A stretch of DNA of 64,000 nt, from the NCBI GenBank assembly GCA_964016885.1, contig OZ024742.1, positions 304,482,001 through 304,546,000 on the forward strand, written 5' to 3'. Positions 14,494 through 29,699 of this stretch are shown in pieces. The position numbers and the translations under genes are program-made. This DNA comes from Eledone cirrhosa (Eukaryota). Every line of letters begins with the position of its first letter. The stretch's first letter is position 1. The notes below the pieces were generated by a model, which saw only the letters and a program-made list of their open reading frames with translations, did not search any database and was not told the origin of the DNA.

Positions 14494-14548
14494 ACTGCCT
14501 GAAGAGGTCACAGCCAAAGATGGCTGTCACTGAAATATATATAGCAGT
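14494..14548 (+). ncRNA. Minimal type I hammerhead ribozyme in inverted pseudo-LTR
   Basis: ACTGC-CTGAAGA-stem II-GAAA-TATATA-TA-GCAGT; stem I ACTGC/GCAGT; palindromic stem III. Confidence 0.85.
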
Positions 14549-14592
14549 AATAAACGAAGCTAAATTTTAATCATTTGACTTTTATTTAACTT

Positions 14593-14651
<59 letters not shown>

Positions 14652-14658
<7 letters not shown>

Positions 14659-15114
14659 GTGAGGTTTTTTTTACAAAATGAAAAATAACCGAGGTGTCCT
14701 ACACGAGTGAAAGTATAAAGTAAAAGAGATGAAATCGAAAATGCAACTGGAGTCTTATTTAAAAAGAATATATATATATATTTATTTGGTTCCTTTACCG
14801 GTTTCGCAGTTCTTCTGCCCCCCCCCCTCTTATTTGCAGAACTATTGTAACGCGAACTGGCGTGAAATTTATTATAATTATTGACAAACCAATCAAATTA
14901 CTTCTCGAAAAACCTGGCATTTCGAGCCACTTTTTCCATATAAAACAAGTAACATTCAGAGACCAACCAGATGTGAGAAAAACGACAGACCCTCCATCTC
15001 AACTCACCTTTTGAAAAGCAGAAGAACTGCGAAACCGGTAAAGGAACCAAATAAATATATATATATTTTTTTTAAAATAAGACTCCAGTTGCATTTTGGA
15101 TTTCATCTCTTTTT

Positions 15115-15120
<6 letters not shown>
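14652..15120. mobile_element. Non-coding HHR-bearing inverted-repeat element, family A (short copy)
   Basis: Shares the TTAGAAAGTGAG... start and the ...TTCTTTA end with 22805-23948. Left arm is truncated at a C-run near 14818. (TA)n on both sides. Confidence 0.8.
15007..15044 (+). ncRNA. Hammerhead ribozyme, U3-A8 core variant
   Basis: CCTT-TTGAAAA-GCAG aagaa CTGC-GAAA-CCGG-TA-AAGG: perfect stems I and II, palindromic stem III, GUA cleavage triplet. Confidence 0.75.
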
Positions 15121-15151
<31 letters not shown>

Positions 15152-15312
15152 CGCATATATACAGGCGCATAATAAAATACATGGAACTCTTTTAACCATC
15201 TTTTGATCTTATATTATATATATATTTATATAGTTTCCATATATTAATATATATATATATATATATTTATGTATATATATATAAGCGAAAGGTATTGTAT
15301 ATATATATAACT

Positions 15313-15433
<121 letters not shown>

Positions 15434-18011
15434 TCTGAGAGAGAAAGAGTGAGAGACTCAGAAAAAGAAAATGAGTGAGAGATAGAGGACGAGCCGTGTT
15501 TGTCGATGAAAGACCCTCTAGTGCTTCTACGTCCGTGTGATACTCGACTTAATTTACATTATCAGTCTATCAGTTGTAGTTCATCTTCCTAATTCTAAAG
15601 AAAACACAGACTTCTCGGTTGACGATTTTTTTATTTTGTTTTTGCTTGTGTATATGTTTTTCCTTTCTTTTTTGACCAGGAATGTCAAGGAAGGCTTTTT
15701 ATTCCCGGAAAAATTACTGATTTAACCCTTGGTTATTTTCAATGAATCAGTCTCGATGTTTGCTTGTTTAAAAACCAGATGTTCCTTAAGAAATTTCTCC
15801 GATGAAATACTTTAGTATATCAATCTATTCGATGAGAGAGCTTAAGAATGTGTAGCTCTTGCGGAGCAATATTATATTTGGTAAATCTAGGAAACCGTCG
15901 ACATTCCAATAAATCTGAAATCTAGGAACTTTCTTATCATGGTAGTAGAAAGTACTGTTCGCGTCTAAATGCAATGTAACACAAAGACAAGAAAATTTGA
16001 AATATTCCAGGAAGGAGCCATCATTATTAAGCGTCTATAACATCGAATGGAAGCTGCAGGCTCTTCAGTTAGCAAACCAACTTCCTATGGATCTACTCCT
16101 GAAGGGCAAGCATGTCCTAATTTATAAAAATACTTTGTATATTTTGTATTATTGGTGGTTCATTTTCTTCCTTTGCTAGACATATTTAGAGAGGGGCATG
16201 GTTGATTGAAATGAAACCCAATATAGATATGTGACAAATTTTGTAATCTCTACGGGGATGAAATATATATTATAACCTTGATGTTATTTAAAACAGAAAT
16301 TACAAGGGCGTGAATAAACTCTTCATGACATTTAATCCGGAATTCCATCGATTATACCGTTATGTTGACTTACATTTTACAATAACCAGAATCATGTGAA
16401 ACGTTAAGTCACATTCTAATATGGAACAGTAAAAAAAAACCATCATAATATATATGTCATTTATTTGTATGATTTTAAACATATAATGCCAATAATCTGA
16501 CAAGTTATATTTTCATAAAATTATAGAAGACAAGGAAGAAAAAAATACATTCAATATTATCACTACTAAGAAAGATGTCACAGAAAATAATCACATTTTT
16601 TTTCGGAAAATTATTCAGACATTGTTCAAATAAATTTCAATTGCCATATTCATAGTAATAGTAAAAATAAGCGACATCAATGCAAACGAAATATGAAAAG
16701 GGAAGGAACAAAAAAACAAAAATTAGCTGAAACGAGAGCGCGGGAGAAAGAAAAATTAACAAATCAAGCAATTATAACGTTGCACATAATCCTATTAAAA
16801 ACAGCTGTTAATATAATCAAGATCATTGAAAAATAAACAAGAAAATACGATTTTATCAATAAATATAAAAACAGAAATTTAACATATTCTCTGGTTATTA
16901 GGTGGATATAAAGTCTGACATATTTCATTATAGGTACAGCACAATTACTCTCTTTACGGAGGAGTATAGTCTGAAGACTTATGACCAGCGTGTGTATAAA
17001 TGATAATTTATGTATACTCTACAAAGAAATTGCTATGCTCTAGAAAAACAATCAAATCAAAACACACACCATACGCATAGACCCACTTTCAAATACTCAC
17101 TGACACTACTCTACCTGTTTTTCTATTTACCTATCTAAGCCATTTTCTCATATTTTTGTTAATTCAGCTAATTATGAAAGTTGCAGATATTTACTGATAC
17201 TGACAAGAAAAAGAAAAAAACGACGAATCTATATAAACAAACAGAAGTGTTAAAAGTTCTATCATAAATGCAAACAAACTGACGCGAATCCAATACTATC
17301 CACAAACCCAAATAGATACATTTCATACAAATAAACCCAATCCAAACTGCCATATACATACCTCACTAGAAATAAAATTAAAGAAATCTGATCAAGTTTT
17401 CCACAACAATGCTCCAAAGCACACTCCACTGCATAACATCAAACAAACGGATAATAATTACTGGTAGAGAAGTGACGGCCATCATCAGGCTCCTAACAAT
17501 TTATTACACACTTTCTATTTATCTGCATGGACCACTATATATATATATATATATATATATAACGAACTAGTCAATCTCTATTATTTTATCTCCATTTTCT
17601 TTTTCAATAAACAATACATATTCCACACATTTGTTGAGTTATCTTTCTTCTGAGAAACATAGTGTTATATATATATAATGATTAGTATATGAGAGGTGTG
17701 GTAATATATAAATGTTTAGTGGATAATAAAACGAGCAAGGACATTCATGAAGATAATGATGACGCTTGTAAAATACAAAACCTTACCTACGTTTTCTTTA
17801 ATTAAGTTAACAATTCAGACTGGTAAGTTATGGTGACTGTTTAACTAGCTAAACATTTTTTGAAATGTACGTAAAGTAAGTTAAAATTTAATAAAAATCC
17901 TAGGAAGCTAGACTATAGCATTAAAGGTGTGATTGTTTTTTTTAAAATTGTATTATAAAAAAACCTGTATAAACAAGTTACATTTGAATGATGTTATTGT
18001 TTTGTAAATTT

Positions 18012-18198
18012 AGGGCGGTGGATTGGCAGTATCGGTAGAGGGTCGGACGCCATGCTTTCCAGCATAGTTACGTCCCTTTACGATCTGAGTTCAAATCCCG
18101 CCGAGGTTGACTTTGCCTTTCATCCTTACGGGGTCGATAAAATAAAGTACCAGTAATGCACTGGGTAATTTGCTGGCCTTGTGCCAAAAGTAGAAACA
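18012..18198 (+). mobile_element. tRNA-derived SINE with 18-bp target-site duplication
   Basis: A box TGGCAGTATCGG, B box GAGTTCAAATCC, same core. TSD GTTATTGTTTTGTAAATT at 17993-18010 and 18199-18216. Confidence 0.92.
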
Positions 18199-18222
18199 GT
18201 TATTGTTTTGTAAATTCTTTGT

Positions 18223-18395
18223 AAGGGTAATAGATTGGCAGTATCGATATACAGCATAGAGTTACCAGCCTTTACGGTCTAAGTTCAAATCCCGCCGAGG
18301 TTAACTTTGCCTTTCGTCCTTACGAGGTCGATAAAATAAAGTACCAGTAATTCGCTGGGATAATTGCTCTCCGTAAGCCAAAAGAAGAAACAAAT
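18223..18395 (+). mobile_element. Same SINE family, internally deleted older copy
   Basis: Co-linear with 18012-18198. Confidence 0.85.
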
Positions 18396-19589
18396 GTTGT
18401 TTTGTTTAACTTGGGCTACATTTAGACAATAGAAAGTTATATGTTTTATATTCCTTGACTTTTTGTGTAATTCTAATTCCTGAATCCCATTGTTGTTCAG
18501 TTCGGTATTCTTTCATTACTAATTAAATATTGTGTCTACTATAATTACGAATGATGGGAATATCACTGTTCTTTTTAAATTAACTTATCTTTACATTGTG
18601 AACCGTTAGATAAACTATCATTTTAGGGGTGATTTCTATATGCAGGCTTCTTTTAGGATGTTTGTCTTCAAGCAGTCATTCAAAGGAGGGAAGTGTGGAT
18701 TCTCTTCCTATGCAGGTAATGTATAATAGGTTTTGATCTCAGTACGGCAATTTAATAAAATATAATTTCATGGATTAAAATTATCTGATGTCTCACCGTT
18801 AGGCTAGGCATTCCGATTGATAGAACGTTTTCAAATTTACGTGGATTGAATCCTTGGGGATTTAATATCTTTTCTAGCAATGCATTGCAACGATGGCGAA
18901 TTATATGCCATGAGTATTCGTACGGTAGATCATTACGTACAATCGTGTTCAAATATAAAAACAGAAATAATACACAAACGTTAATTCCGATGCATTAAAT
19001 CTTTGATGGAAAAATAATTTTGTCCAAATATAAAGCAGTTCATTTATTTGAAACTTAAAAGTAAGGAATTTATGTGCGGTTTTCCCATTCTGTAAGAAAA
19101 CTGAATAGCGGAAATATAGAACATTGACATACAGTAGAAAAATAAATATCGCAGCAGCATATGGAAGGTGATATAAATGAATATCATTTAGACTAGCACA
19201 ATGGTAAATCAAATTAAATAGTTTATAAAGTATCACAGCTGGAACGAAATCTACGACTAATAATATTAGATGGAGGTTCGACAATAATTTTTTGATATTG
19301 TGCCTAGTTAAAAGAAAAAAAGATGACTAATTTCCTTGCAATGTTCACATATTGAAATTAATTTTATGCAGTTAGAAAAATCGAAGGCTAACGTTTCGGA
19401 TAGACCCCTTCGACAGAGATGAAAGATGGAGTAACAGGCAGCAGGGCATACAATGGATGTAGTTATATCTTAATTACAACACTATCAGTGTTGAAATTGT
19501 CATTTATCTTTGTGGTGTTAATGGAATGACTACTTCTCACCATTTGAAGTGGACAAATTCAGCACTATTTCTCTACCATTTGTAGTGCA

Positions 19590-20207
<618 letters not shown>

Positions 20208-22689
20208 TCCAACCAAGTGATTATGTCAGACAAACCTCTTTCGATCAAGGTTTTGTCTTTGTACTGTAAATGTCTTATTCCTCATGGCACATCCCTATAT
20301 TGAAATCAAATATTCCATCGTACTTTCGTTACCTTTTGTTAGCGCTGGAGATAAAAACGAGCTTATTCCAACGCCAGGTTGAAATAATTTATTAAGTTCT
20401 ATCTCTCTCTCTCTCTCTCCACCCCCCCCTCTCTCTCTCTCATTCTCTTTATATATATATATATATATAGTGTTCATGTTCACACTCCGTTCTTTATTCT
20501 ATTATTCGTAGCCGAACAAATCAATCATCTCTTCTAAAGCTTAGTAGGAGGTAAAAATGCTACTTTTCTCAAAACTTTATCATTAGTTTAACGCAAATAG
20601 ATGAATAAATGAAAAATTTGCACCAGCCCATATTGGAACAATTGCGGAATACCATAGGTTAGGGGAAAGCTCCCGTTGAGTCAAAACAGTCACACAATTG
20701 GGAATATAGTTTGGTGTCAGTTCCCTTAATTTACAACACTAATATAAATATAAGATCATGAAGGTCACAACATGTTATTTCTCCTTTAGCGTTTTATGTT
20801 TTCTTGTTTGAGTGCACAAATATTTATAAATAATGGGAATTATAATGATCAAATCTTAGCATTAGCATTGAAAATTTAAAATGTCAAATGTTAACAAACG
20901 CGGTTTGAAACCGCGTTGGATTCTTAATTTGAAGAGAGCGCTCTGCTAATATTTCTGTATGAAAAATTGGATGCTTTTACATAATCGATAGAACGGTGGA
21001 CAATCTAATAGACTGTATTTATTTGCGACTCATGTTCTGATTTCGTATCCTGAAGAGGTAATTTTAGCGTTCATCGTTCAAGGGAAGCTATCAATAACCA
21101 ATGTACTATTCACATACATTGGTAGATCTCATTTGACTGTACCACCCTGCAAAAAGTAAAGTCTTGCAAATCCGTACGAAATTACACTGAAATCAACTTT
21201 CCCTTTCGTGTCGAGAAAATATAGTAACTGCTGTCAATGTAATCGATTTTCTTCTTTCTTAAAATTTCTAACCATGTGTCTATGTTAGAAATCAATTTTA
21301 TTATAATGGATGACGGAAATATGGATCGCAGAAGATGACAATATCTTTAACTAGGAATATTTGGAATTGCACCTCTTAGAGACCCAATATGGGATTTTCT
21401 ATGAAATCTATTTGTCAGCTGAAAATAGCAGCAACACATTCTTATTATTCACTTAGTGTATTAAAGCCGGGAACGAGCCTATTACCTTCAAGATACCCAT
21501 GAAAGGGCAGAATGAGGTCTATTGTAATAAAGTTTCTTATAAATGTATCCCACAAAGGCTGTCCTAGCACTAAATGACAATTGTTTCTTTAGCCGTCGTG
21601 CAAACAAAGGATTTTATACCTAGTCGTCCGATTTGCAAATAATATCAGCCATCAATGCATCAACTTATACCATACCGTCTTTCGAAAGTAACGGAGGAAA
21701 TAGATGATATAATCCTAGATTCAGTGTCCGAAATATAGATGGAACAATCTTCGAATTAAACACGTTTCACCTTTGGTCTGTTCATTTAGAACTCAAATAG
21801 AATTAAACAACAATGGAAAATAAATCTTTCTTTATGTATGGACATCCGTCGGTTTTTACGATGAGTGTTTACATTGTTCAATCAATGGAACCGCCTGTAT
21901 ATGAAACTAACATGAAATTGGCGGAATATTGCAGAGACATGTGTCCCCATTACGTAATTAAAGGGTGTAAAGTCGAGAAACAGTGTTTCATGTCTGACCG
22001 TTTGAATTGTAAGCACAATCCATACAACATATTTCCGTCAACACAAATTCCCTCACAAACTTGGGTCAAACTGAAGCTATGGTAAATGCTGCTTACCATA
22101 GTAGGCACGCATTAGTGTTGACGTCTGACCTAATGATTGTGAAAGAAATTTCTTCACCATTAGGCCATCCTGCATCCACAACCCATTGTCAGAATCTGTA
22201 TGAGTAAAGGGTGATTAATATATATATATATATTCTGGGACAGAGTAAAAGAAATGGGGTGAACTCAAACGGAATAATTTTGTAGTATTTAGTTTTGTCG
22301 TTTCATTCGTGCAGAGCTGGCTTTTTATAATTCCACACTAATAATACACTGGTTTGATTCTGGTGAATGTATCTTTCTCATATTTCAATAGACTTCAATC
22401 AATAAAATCAATGAAATCAGTCAATGCAATCACTATAATATTGTCAGTCGATGACTAATTCAGGCAAACTTCGGGCCTGTCCAATTGCAGTTCCTCGATT
22501 CTACGATTCTGCTCTATTCATTCCATTTTTTTTTCTAAGCTTTTGAAAAAAATATTTACATTAGAAATTTTCGTGTTCTTTTCTCTCAAACATTTTGCCA
22601 ATTTGTTTATCGATTTGTAATTATCAATAATCCCTACTCACCTTTCTTCCTGGTGTAGAAAGATGTATTTGTGATATATATATATATAT

Positions 22690-22750
<61 letters not shown>

Positions 22751-22951
22751 CGTATATATATATATGTATATAGATATATATATGTATATATATATATATA
22801 TATATTAGAAAGTGAGTTTTTTTTTTACAAAATGAAAAATAACCGAGGTGTCCTACACGAATGAAAGTATAAAGAAAAAGAGATGAAATCGAAAATGCAA
22901 CTGGAGTCTTATTTTGTAATTTTTTTAAAAAATATATATATTTATTTGGTT

Positions 22952-22989
22952 CCTTTACCGGTTTCGCAGTTCTTCTGCTTTTCAAAAGG
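22952..22989 (-). ncRNA. Hammerhead ribozyme, U3-A8 core variant
   Basis: Reverse complement is identical to 15007-15044. Confidence 0.75.
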
Positions 22990-23836
22990 TGAGTTGAGAT
23001 GGAGGGTCTGTGGTTTTTCTCACATCTGGTTGGTCTCTGAATGTTACTTGTTTTATATGGAAAAAGTGGCTCGAAATGCCAGGTTTTTCGAGAAGTAATT
23101 TGATTGGTTTGTCAATAATTATAATAAATTTCGCGCCAGTTCACGTTACAATAGTTCTTCAAATAAAGGGGAGGGGTTGTCACAGGTTGTTTTTTCATAT
23201 ATGAGTGTTTGAATTTCTTTTTACTTGAAAAAAGGAGGCTCACGAAGGCTTTTTTGGGGTTCGTTATAAATGAAATTTGGCTGTCACGTGAACAAGTTTT
23301 CATTACATTTTTGCCCCCTTATTTGGAAAACTATTCTGTAGTCTTTATAGTGAATGTTATGACAATGGAAAGTTAGTGGTCAAGAGAAAAGGGATTGGGA
23401 GAATTGTTCTGGTTCAGTGAATATGGTTCCAAAATACGGGCGCGAAAGTTAATGTACTTGTTCACCTGACAGTCATAATTTCATTTATAACCAATCAAAT
23501 TACATTTATTTAAAAAAAGCCTTCGTGAGCCACCTTTTTTTAATTAAAAAGAAATTCAAACACAAACTGGCGCGCTTATTCACGTGACTGCATCAACCAA
23601 CCAAACTTCACTCATATATGAAAAAACAACCTGAGCCCCCCCTCCTGTTTGAAGGCAAATATAATAATAACTTTGTAACACGAACTGGCGCGAAATTTAT
23701 TATACTTATTCACCAACCAACCAAATTAGTTCTCTAAAAAATGGCATTTCGAGCTACTTTTTTCCATATAAAACTGAAGTAACATTCAAAGACCAACCAG
23801 ATCTGAGAAAAACCACAAACCCTCCATCTCAATCCT

Positions 23837-23874
23837 ACTTTTGAAAAGCTGAAGAACTGCGAAACCGGTAAAGG
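23837..23874 (+). ncRNA. Hammerhead ribozyme, U3-A8 core variant (two stem mismatches)
   Basis: aCTT-TTGAAAA-GCtG aagaa CTGC-GAAA-CCGG-TA-AAGG. Confidence 0.65.
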
Positions 23875-23984
23875 AACCAAATAAATATATATACTTTAAA
23901 AAAAAAAGTCTCCAGTTGCATTTTCGATTTCTTTTTTTTCTTTCTTTATATATATATATATATGTATGTATATATGTATATACA

Positions 23985-24362
23985 TTGTTGGGTTCCAAAT
24001 AATTGTGGTGTTTTGAATAAGCGGGGAGAGGGGTGGACATTTGCTTAAGTTCTTATATGCGGCCGATTGGAGGAGATGGAATAAACGGGGAGGTGGTCCG
24101 TAATTGTATAGTGTATGTTCGTAAATGTGGGATATTTTTCTAATGTTTTTTTTTTAGTCATAAATTATGTTGTTTTTTTTAATGTAAAATAAAATTATTC
24201 TTAGATTCTGAAGCTGCTGTATCGATATGAATTACTTATATTAAAATGTTGCCGGTGATCGATTAGCAAAATTTAATAAGCGGGTGGTGGGTATAACATC
24301 GAGGGCGGGGAATCCCCAAAACATAATAAGCAGGTTTCAGGGGGTTTATTCAAGACCCGAGA
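23985..24362. mobile_element. Degenerate MITE-like element
   Basis: Repeated AATAA(G/A)CGGG motifs; ends GGGTTCCAAATAA / TTATTCAAGACCCGAGA are loosely inverted; TA-rich flanks. Confidence 0.4.
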
Positions 24363-24768
24363 CATATATATATATATATGTGTGTGTTATGTGTTTGTGT
24401 GTGTGTGTGGTGTAAAGTCGACTCAAAGTGACATCAGAAAAAAATCTAACTCCTAGCATTCAAGATAGCAAAGAAAATGTAAAAGCAGAAAACATTTGTA
24501 TGGAAAAAAAAATGATATCAATATATCAACAATGTGTATAGCGTCGATATAGCTAAGTTGAATACAAAGGGAATAAAGAATTTAACGTTTTGGGTTAAAT
24601 CATTTATTAAAGTAGACTTAGAGAAGAGTAAGAAATAAGAAAAACTGAAGAACGATATCGAGTCGGTGAACAGATGTTGTTGTTGGTAATGTTGATGGTG
24701 ATTTGCTTGCACATGCCCATGTATGAGCTGTATCTGTACGTACTTGTCTCTTTCTCACTATCTCTTTA

Positions 24769-24880
<112 letters not shown>

Positions 24881-25726
24881 CAGGTGTGTGTGTGTGTGTG
24901 TGTGTGGGTGTGTGTATGTGTGTGAATATGCATGTAAATATGTATTTATGTGTGAGTGTATGCATGTATATAACATTAAAATTTTCCAGTCATTCACTTA
25001 ACCTTTATAGTCGCTGACATCCCAGTTAAAACTTTCTTTATATAAAACCAGCTGCGCAGACACAATAACCATTATATTTTTCTTCTACATTTAACAGCTA
25101 ATTCTTCGAAAAGTTAAAAAATAAAATCACGGATATTTACAATATTTTCACTTATTCATGTTTAGCCATTTAAATTCTTCAAAAACTTTTCCAATTATCC
25201 CATAACATTTGAAATTGTCTAAAGGAACGCATTAATTATTAAATTAACGAGAATAACCATCGTTAGTCATCTCAACTCTAAATATCAAACATGATTTCTT
25301 TTCTTATTTGTATCTCCACCATGCATATGCAAACACCTCTTTAGATTTACAACTATTAGCAATGTCACTTCTTGAGTAATTACCATCACAAACTTCACTC
25401 AGTATTGAGCTAATTAACTAAATAGTAAAGCAGGATTTGTAATTATTCTATCTTCTATTCAATATTTGGAATAAACAGTCTGTTTAGCAAACATTATTTA
25501 GTATCAAAACAGAAGAGAATTACAATGTAGAAAATGCACATGGGCTTAAAGTAATTCATTTCTGCTACATTTATTCTCAAAGCTAACAAGTCATAAAATG
25601 AAAAACATTTTCTGTAATTGTTTCTTTCTTCGTCCCCTCCGTATTATATTTCTTTTATTCTCTTACATACTTTCTTTTGTATGTCCTACATTTATTCAAT
25701 ACAGTGTCATGTTCAATATATATATA

Positions 25727-25783
<57 letters not shown>

Positions 25784-25895
25784 TAAAAGAAATTCCAACT
25801 TTGTCCGATTTACTCGTATTATTTACAATCCTTTAAAATTTATAATGGTATTAGAATGAAATAGTATGGTAGAATATTAAATGTTAAGTGTTAAT

Positions 25896-25934
25896 TGAAC
25901 AAGTACTTTCATGCTTTCGCAATCTTCAGGTTCA
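25896..25934 (-). ncRNA. Minimal hammerhead ribozyme
   Basis: Reverse complement TGAAC-CTGAAGA-tTGC gaaa GCAt-GAAA-GTAC-TT-GTTCA. A tail of about 115 nt then runs into the (TA)n ending near 25780. Confidence 0.75.
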
Positions 25935-28817
25935 TAATGTGTGGTGACAGTCAAGTTTGCAATTTTCAATATATAAGAATAGGAACATCATGTACACAGT
26001 GGACATATTGGCGCCAAATGGAAAGATGAGAAATCGGACGTTTATAATCAAAAGATTGGTCAAACATATTAGATGAAAAAAAAAGAGCTGAAAAGAAAAT
26101 GTGTGTATAGGAACGATACAAACCTGGAGAGCAGATGTTTAAAATGATATACCCTGTAGATTATATAACATACACACATATATAGATATTGGTTTGCAGT
26201 GCGAAATTAAGTTAAATAAGGGTATGTAAGTTTAATATTTAATTGGGAGCTGAATTGACATACGAATGTATTAAACAGTTTCTTAGCTGCTATGATTTGT
26301 GAATTTCTCCATAGATCTTCCTGCACTAGTTTATTCTGAAACAACCATATTTATAGCCTCCAAATTTGTCAACCAATTTAATTCCAAATAGATTAGTGTT
26401 GAAAAGAAGACGTTTGCTAGATAGACAAATCACACCGTCAAAAGATTAGAAGCTAATGTAGAATACAATGGCTATATCTAATAAAATACAGTGACACATA
26501 TTTTACTGCAACCATCCCATTTACCTGGTGATAATCCTAGTTGACTCACTCTGCTATCTTTCTCTCACCATCAATAATACTTCTTTCTTTCTAGTATTGG
26601 CAAAGGACCAATGATTTGGGTAAAGGGAAATTCACTTATCTCAACTGTTTTTTTTTGTTATCAACATAGGGAGGAGGAAATGAAAAGTCGACCGCAGTGG
26701 CATTGAAATTCAGAATATAAGGAGCCGCAAAAAATGCAGTAAAGCATTTGTCTAAAATTAACATTAAATCTATTAATCAACTATATATATTTGTTTACTT
26801 GAAAACATAAGCGTTGTGTGCCTTGCAGTAACTGTTCCGGTAATTTGAGTTAAATTCTGCTCTGACCTACTTAGTTGGTAGACATAAACAATGGTCAGTT
26901 GTAGTACCATCACTTTACAATTGTGATCCTTAAGCAGAGTCAACCTTTTTTCAAGCATCTAAGCTTGTGATACTACCAGGTAGAAGATACCTCACTCATT
27001 AAATCTCTCCAACCGAACTTCGAGGCCTTAAAAAGGGTCATGCCACTGTTATTTTCTGCCTGAATAAAGGATAAAGACTGTGATTTTATAATTCTAAGTT
27101 TTTATAGGGGCAATTTATAAGTGCATGTTTGAATATCATATGTTCAAAGCAATAACACGATCATCAAACACAATAACATTGATGTCTAAAATATGAATAT
27201 TTCTTAGTTGATCCTCTTTCCTAGACATATTACTGGTAAGTCTTTACACTAAGGTAAACGAAAAATTTGGTAGAAAAATGGCTTGCATTTCTTGTCATGA
27301 TTTATATGTTCTGTGTTAATGGATCTGAAGTTAAATAATTAGTAGCATGTCTGTTTCTTAAATGACGGGCTTATAAATTCGACAACTAAAATGGCTGACT
27401 ATATTATGACATATGCTGATATTTGCCAGATGTCTAAAGCATTACATAACCAGGCAAGCGCCTGACTGCATAATAACCTGTATTGACAACTAACACGAAT
27501 TTATTCGAAATTTAGTGTCATGTAACTGTAGATTTATAGTAGTGTAGCGTATGATAATTAATTGGCATAGATAAACATATGTATTAATTTAAAAATAGAG
27601 TGATACACCTACTATAATTGTAAGCTTCTGCGTCGTGACTAAGCAGGAATCTGAGTCAATGCATTCCAGGCGTGACTATCCTCCCATTAGAATATTGTAA
27701 TCGTAGAGTAACTAAAGTGTCCTTCACATTTTTTATACAATAGAGATGTTTTAATCAATTATATCAAACTTAGTTCTTATTTCAGTCTGCTATATCTACG
27801 AGAGAAATGTAGAGTAAAAATAGAATAACTACTTAAATATCTATATATTTACAAGTATGCATAATTCTTCAGCTATAATGTACTAAATGTATAGTTGTTG
27901 AAAGAGCAGGTAGGACATTTTTCACGATTTTAAAAGTCTGAGTTAAAACATAATTCTGGTTAAATCTGCATTTAAACATTCTGTGATTAATAATATAGTT
28001 AGCGGTCAATTAATAAAGATTATTTAATTGATTGCACACTTCGGAAAAGTTAACAAAACACAAATATTTTCAAAATCGATTACCTTCCAATATTTAGCAT
28101 TTGTGCAGGTTTATAAGGTATTTGTTCATAATTAGAACATTTCAAATAGATTATTTTTCGTAACAAAAGCATACATTCATTCCATGATATGCGTATATAG
28201 ATTCATTCTAGTTTCGGAATTTCAAGTGATATTAAATTGATATTTAAACTTTTGCGCACACACAGACACATAAATATAAATATGCGTGTGTTTATATACA
28301 TATGTGTATGTACGTATACATATATAAACACAAACACACACACATATATATATATACATAAACATATATATATATATATATATATATGCATACATGCATA
28401 CATACATGCATACATGCATACATAAATACAAATATACACGACATTAAGATGAGACTCAAATGGTAAAATATGTTAAGACAATTTTCATACTAAGACAATT
28501 ATAATGCTACGTAATTATTTTTGCTAAAACATAGGAATATATATAAGACCGTAGCTGTCTGTCAATACACATTTTATGTATTAATAGACGATAAATATGT
28601 ACGTTAATGTGTATTTATTTCAGTATTTTAAATGTTTATGATCATTGTTCAGTAAGGATATATTCTATGTTATTCAATAAATTTAATCGATTTCTCACTA
28701 TAGTTGTGTGTGTGCACACAGGCACACAGATACGCCCACACACACATATATATATATTAACAAACATACACACAAATACACACACACTCATATATATATA
28801 CATATATATACATATCA

Positions 28818-28877
<60 letters not shown>

Positions 28878-29263
28878 TCATAGATACAAATATATGTGGG
28901 GTATGACATATAGATAGATACAGGAGGCGAGTGTCTGTGTTTATACTGGACAAAATCAACTCAATTAAAATCTATTGAATTAAATTGAATGTATCCACAC
29001 TCAAGAAACTTGATAAACAGTAAAACTACATACATTTTGAGAGACAAATCTTCAATGACATAATACATAAAATATGAATCTTAAGAGCGATTCATATACT
29101 TATAGTTTTTTTTATATTTCTATCGAAAATAATTAAGTTATATTATATATGATTTAGTATGAAAATAGGCTTAATATATGTTACTGAATTTGTTTTGATA
29201 AGTAAGAATAGTGTAACTTTATATATATAACTTATGTGTGTATGAATGTATGTACGGATATAC

Positions 29264-29364
<101 letters not shown>

Positions 29365-29699
29365 CGTCGGGGTGGGAAAGACAGAAAATTAGAAAGATTG
29401 CTAAAAGTTGTATTAAGGAATGATGCACTTTTGATCCATCCAGGAGCTACGGCTAATTGACCTGATGTTCCTGTAATTCTATACATTGTAACTCAGAATC
29501 TTTATATGATCTAGACTGTTGCTCATCTGGATATATATATATATATATATATTGTGTGTGTGTGAATGTGTGTATGACTGTGTCATTACGGAGTTCACTT
29601 CACAACGATCGGTTTTGGAATCAGTCTCACCTCCCAAAATATTGGGCAAAATACTTCTAAGTTAGCCTCAGATCTACCATTATTTGCGAACCCTCTTTA

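Larger units (their letters stand above)
22805..23948. mobile_element. Non-coding HHR-bearing inverted-repeat element, family A (long copy)
   Basis: Imperfect inverted arms at about 22868-23298 and 23456-23948, each with a variant HHR pointing outward. No credible ORF. (TA)n flanks. Confidence 0.85.

Noticed and set aside
18752-18952. ORF with LEKILNPQGFN resembling a GIY-YIG C-terminus
   Set aside because: Single short motif with no supporting upstream motifs.
19386-19420. HHR-like CTGTCGA-agg...tcc-GAAA-CGTTAG on the minus strand
   Set aside because: An essential core A is mutated and stem I is unconvincing; at most an old relic.
21500-22200. Possible decayed DNA-transposase or host exon (90-aa ORF at 21813-22085)
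   Set aside because: No recognisable motif or splice structure; a translated search would be needed.
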